From Nitrospirales bacterium (lineage in GTDB: Bacteria > Nitrospirota > Nitrospiria > Nitrospirales > UBA8639): a DNA stretch of 64,000 nucleotides. Where the stretch lies: assembly GCA_965223295.1 (NCBI GenBank), contig CBDCWC010000002.1, forward strand, positions 1,664,001 through 1,728,000, given 5' to 3'. The position numbers and the translations under genes are program-made. The notes beneath the pieces were generated by a model. That model was not told the origin of the DNA, did not search any database, and was given only the letters and a program-made list of their open reading frames with translations. Every line of letters begins with the position of its first letter. The stretch's first letter is position 1. Of this stretch, positions 60,618 to 64,000 are shown piece by piece.

Positions 60618-61871
60618 CTAGCTTACTTTCACCCGTCGAACTTTATTTTCATTACGTTCACATATGTATAAATGCCCCTGGGAGTCCAACGTGAGACCAG
60701 CAGGGGTGTTTACAATGGCTTCAGTTGCCGACAAACCGTCCCCGTGCTTCAGCATACCCGCGTCTTCTTTGGCCACAAATCGAGCGGCTCCGCAGCCTCC
60801 CATATTTTTATCGTCATAGCCACTATCGCCGTTGCCAACGACCGTCGAAATCACGCCTGTCTTGGCATCGACTTTTCGGATCCGATGGTTCATGGAATCG
60901 GAAATATAAACATTCCCATCATCATCCACAACCGCACTCTCTGGAACATTCAGCATAGATTGAACAGCCAACTTCCCATCTCCATCAAACCCAAACCGGC
61001 ACACTCCGGCAATCGTGGAGACGGTACCCGTCTTCATATCAATTTTCCGAATACGATTGGTGCCTTTATCTGTCACATAGAGATCACCATGGCGATCCAC
61101 ATCAATGTCCACCACATCAAAAAACTTACATTCCATGGCTGGCTTGCCATCATCTAAATACAGGCTCAAATCTAATCCGTCAGAACACTTCGGACGCAAC
61201 AAACCTTCGTCATTACTAAAATCAATGCCTATAGCATCCCCCGACAACACGATCAGATTTTGAGCTGTGAGAGGACTGATCCGCTCATCATCTTCATCGG
61301 TCCAACATCCTCCAATCGTGGTGACCATGCCGGTCTCTAAATCATATTGCCGAATCCGATGCGCTTGAGTATCCGCAATAAACAAACGATCATGCTGGTC
61401 GAAAACAATCGCGGCTGGATAGGTCAAATTCACCTCTAACCCAGGGCCATCGCCATTAAATCCCCATTGTCCTGTCCCGACAACCGTCGTAATAATTCCA
61501 GTTTCCGCATCGATTTTTCGAATACGGTTACTCCCTGAATCACACACATAGAGATTATTCTTGGAATCGCAGGCCACATCTAGAGGAAGATATAACCCGG
61601 CTTCTCCGCATGGCCCATAATCGCCGCTGTAACAGGTTTCACCCGTGCCCGCAAAATTATGGAGGCGGCCGGTTTCTAAATCCACCCGCCGGACCCGGTC
61701 AGACCCGCATTCGGCAATGTAGACATACCGTCCATCGCGATCCACGGTGACTTGGTTAGGCAGAGGAATTCCTGCTTTGACAGCTCGTTTTCCATCTCCG
61801 GTGCTTCGGGATTTCCCATTCCCTGCAAATGTTTCAATCACATCGATTGCGACAGGCGTCTCTGTTTCCAT
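60618..61871 (-). CDS. NHL-repeat beta-propeller protein
   Basis: Six repeats such as LYVCDSGSNRIRKIDAETGIITTVVGTG..GFNGDG. Confidence 0.9.
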   Translation of the reverse strand: METETPVAIDVIETFAGNGKSRSTGDGKRAVKAGIPLPNQVTVDRDGRYVYIAECGSDRVRRVDLETGRLHNFAGTGETCYSGDYGPCGEAGLYLPLDVACDSKNNLYVCDSGSNRIRKIDAETGIITTVVGTGQWGFNGDGPGLEVNLTYPAAIVFDQHDRLFIADTQAHRIRQYDLETGMVTTIGGCWTDEDDERISPLTAQNLIVLSGDAIGIDFSNDEGLLRPKCSDGLDLSLYLDDGKPAMECKFFDVVDIDVDRHGDLYVTDKGTNRIRKIDMKTGTVSTIAGVCRFGFDGDGKLAVQSMLNVPESAVVDDDGNVYISDSMNHRIRKVDAKTGVISTVVGNGDSGYDDKNMGGCGAARFVAKEDAGMLKHGDGLSATEAIVNTPAGLTLDSQGHLYICERNENKVRRVKVS

Positions 61872-61964
61872 TATGGTTCAACCCTCTTATGTTGAGCAAA
61901 AAGAACACAAACTCTCTGACTACGGTGTAAGCCGATGCTCACCTAACTCCCATACCTCTTTCCC

Positions 61965-62285
61965 CTAGGCTTTTGCTGGGGCAGAAACAGGCTCAGGCGA
62001 TGCTGGCTGAACCGTCTCAGGTTGTGGCGCTGACGGAGCTTCCACTGATGCCGCCTGAACAGGCTGAGCAATTTGCTGAGGAGCGACCGTTGAAGCCACC
62101 GTTCCTTCTTCAGCCTGGGCCTGAGGATCAATATCGTATTGCTCAGCTTCCTGTACGGATTTCTTGAATCCTTTAATAGCCTTCCCTACACCTTCGCCTA
62201 GTTGGGGTAACTTTCCTGCACCAAAAATAATGAGGACGATCACCAAAATAAGAATCAGTTCTGTAAAACCTAAACTTCCAAACAT
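61965..62285 (-). CDS. tatA: Twin-arginine translocase TatA/TatE subunit
   Basis: [42 protein letters not shown]. Confidence 0.95.
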   Translation of the reverse strand: MFGSLGFTELILILVIVLIIFGAGKLPQLGEGVGKAIKGFKKSVQEAEQYDIDPQAQAEEGTVASTVAPQQIAQPVQAASVEAPSAPQPETVQPASPEPVSAPAKA

Positions 62286-62308
62286 TGTTCATCCTCCTTG
62301 CTAGGATA

Positions 62309-63124
62309 TTACTTTTTGGCAGCTTCGCGAGAGCGTTTACTAAATCGCTCTTTCAAACGATTGCGCGTCTCTTCCGCCTGTTCGAACATCTTGCACTTTT
62401 CATAGGTATTGATCAGATTGTAATAGGCTAATGGTTCATCGGGATTACTATCTACGGCATCTTCCATGACCTTGACGGCCATGTCCGGTTTCTTCAAATT
62501 TAAGGCGATCTCCATGAGTTTAAAACTTGAATCTAAATGATGGGGGTCAAACTCTAAGACCTTCATATACGCTTGCATGGCCATATCTAGCGTATTGAAA
62601 TCCGAAACTTGCGGGTCATCAAGTTTTTCATAAACTCCGGCGAGATTATACCAGGCGATGGGATCTTCCGATGAGATCTCAATAAGACGCTCGAAGTATT
62701 CCTTGGCCTCCAAGTACTCCGCCCGCTCATTATATAACCGTCCTACGTTGAATAACGCCAACACATCATACGCATTGAGTTCTAGGGCCCGTTTGAATTG
62801 TGCAATCGCGTCATCCAACATACCCTTGGTGCCGTAAATGGTGCCTAAATTCGAATAATACATGGCCAAAGACCGGTCCATTTCCACTCGAAGGCCTTCT
62901 GCCATCTCAATGGATTTTTTGACCTCCGATAAGGCCTCATCCATACGTCCTTTATTGAAATAGAGCTCGCCTAACCGGCACCGCGCTTGAAAATCATCAG
63001 GTTCTTCACCTAACAATTTTTCAAGCTCCGCAATTTCTTCATCAACAGTTAATGATTGTTCTTCAGTTGGAGCATCGCCGGCTTGAGCGTCCATCGTTTG
63101 AGTTCCAGCAACTTGTTCGTCCAT
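62309..63124 (-). CDS. Tetratricopeptide repeat protein
   Basis: TPR units YSNLGTIY, ALFNVGRLY, AWYNLAGVY, AYYNLINTY. Confidence 0.9.
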   Translation of the reverse strand: MDEQVAGTQTMDAQAGDAPTEEQSLTVDEEIAELEKLLGEEPDDFQARCRLGELYFNKGRMDEALSEVKKSIEMAEGLRVEMDRSLAMYYSNLGTIYGTKGMLDDAIAQFKRALELNAYDVLALFNVGRLYNERAEYLEAKEYFERLIEISSEDPIAWYNLAGVYEKLDDPQVSDFNTLDMAMQAYMKVLEFDPHHLDSSFKLMEIALNLKKPDMAVKVMEDAVDSNPDEPLAYYNLINTYEKCKMFEQAEETRNRLKERFSKRSREAAKK

Positions 63125-63139
63125 TGCATGTATCCTTCG

Positions 63140-64000
63140 CTACGGTGTTTGTTCTCCGAATACGGGTCGAAGAGGTTGATAGTGGATTTGGTCCTGATTC
63201 TTTTTTCGAAGACGCCCTAAAGTTCCTCGCTTATCAATGTTTAATAACATTAACCCAAGCACTACCATTAACGTCAAATGGGATAACTGTAGGGCATAGC
63301 CAGCCATAAACATGAGCCCGAGCCCATAGCCGGCCAGGCGACCAATAATGACCAACTTAATGACGGTATAAGCCCAACAGGTAAACCCTAGCACATAGAA
63401 GGCAAAGGGGAGAAAAAAGGTATACCCCATACCCATTTGGAAGATCCAACCAATGCCTTCCCCTGCTTTTCTGACTTCAAGAGCCGTTTGAGGGCTCCAC
63501 AGGGTCAGAAAATAGTCCATAAATAAGAGGATGAGAAAGACGCTGCCTCCACTGATTAAGAGAGACATCCCCCATTTTCGTTGGGATTTGTTTTTCGTAA
63601 CAAATGAGGTGCTGCCATAAGCCCAAAACACCAGAATGCTCGATAACACCATCAGGGCCTCCCCTAGCCGGTTGATTTCATGAACCAGAGGCGGAGTATC
63701 CAGAATATTCAGTAACCCATAGGTGGTGGACATCGTTTGATAATAAAGCCATCCGGTAATTCCCAGGAAAAACGTCCCAACCATCAGCCGCTGACTCACC
63801 AAGCGATGGGTTTCCCAATACTCCAGCAGAAGAAACACTAAGATGCTAAAAGCCAAAATATTATAAACCACCGACCCCAGCATAGCCGGTGGGAAAAACA
63901 GAAACCCTACTGTGCACGCAACCAGGAGTGCGGCCAAAGGAATCACGACTTTATCCCACTGCCCGACCCATAGCTTGGTGCGTAGTTTTTGAACAATCAA
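63140..64000 (-). CDS. Hypothetical polytopic membrane protein (5' end probably outside the window)
   Basis: About eight hydrophobic segments; ORF runs to the window edge. Confidence 0.75.
   Translation of the reverse strand: MIVQKLRTKLWVGQWDKVVIPLAALLVACTVGFLFFPPAMLGSVVYNILAFSILVFLLLEYWETHRLVSQRLMVGTFFLGITGWLYYQTMSTTYGLLNILDTPPLVHEINRLGEALMVLSSILVFWAYGSTSFVTKNKSQRKWGMSLLISGGSVFLILLFMDYFLTLWSPQTALEVRKAGEGIGWIFQMGMGYTFFLPFAFYVLGFTCWAYTVIKLVIIGRLAGYGLGLMFMAGYALQLSHLTLMVVLGLMLLNIDKRGTLGRLRKKNQDQIHYQPLRPVFGEQTP

Overview
A 64 kb chromosomal segment of moderate GC (estimated by eye). Gene content and intergenic repeat style suggest a Nitrospirales (Nitrospira-like) bacterium; this assignment is inference. 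Left to right: (1) a MarR-VOC-pirin stress operon with a 6x10-bp tandem repeat in its leader; (2) a small secreted protein, a single-domain response regulator and a five-PAS hybrid kinase; (3) housekeeping genes (thiD, hydrolase, gamma-CA family, SDR, CPBP protease, malic enzyme, uppP, rfbBACD, glmS, glmU, DUF502, tmk, holB, metG), with two palindromic MITE-like elements in intergenic gaps; (4) a ~24 kb minus-strand surface-polysaccharide locus (26768-50772). It encodes KdsD, an O-antigen ligase, NUDIX, a B12 radical SAM enzyme, HddA/HddC/Fcl-like heptose enzymes, a minimal split ThDP enzyme, a DegT-type PLP enzyme, a frameshifted gmhA, Wzm/Wzt, a methyltransferase with a decayed tail, glycosyltransferases and a WcaJ-type priming transferase; (5) several single enzymes and ilvD; (6) a minus-strand cluster of membrane protein, TPR, tatA, NHL propeller, EbdC/NxrC-like heme-b protein, PDZ protein and two pentaheme cytochromes c. 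The best candidates for undescribed biology are the branched/methylated sugar pathway, an unnamed ~55-aa repeat shared by two adjacent glycan enzymes, and the multiheme redox cluster. No rRNA, canonical tRNA, CRISPR array or intact transposase was seen.
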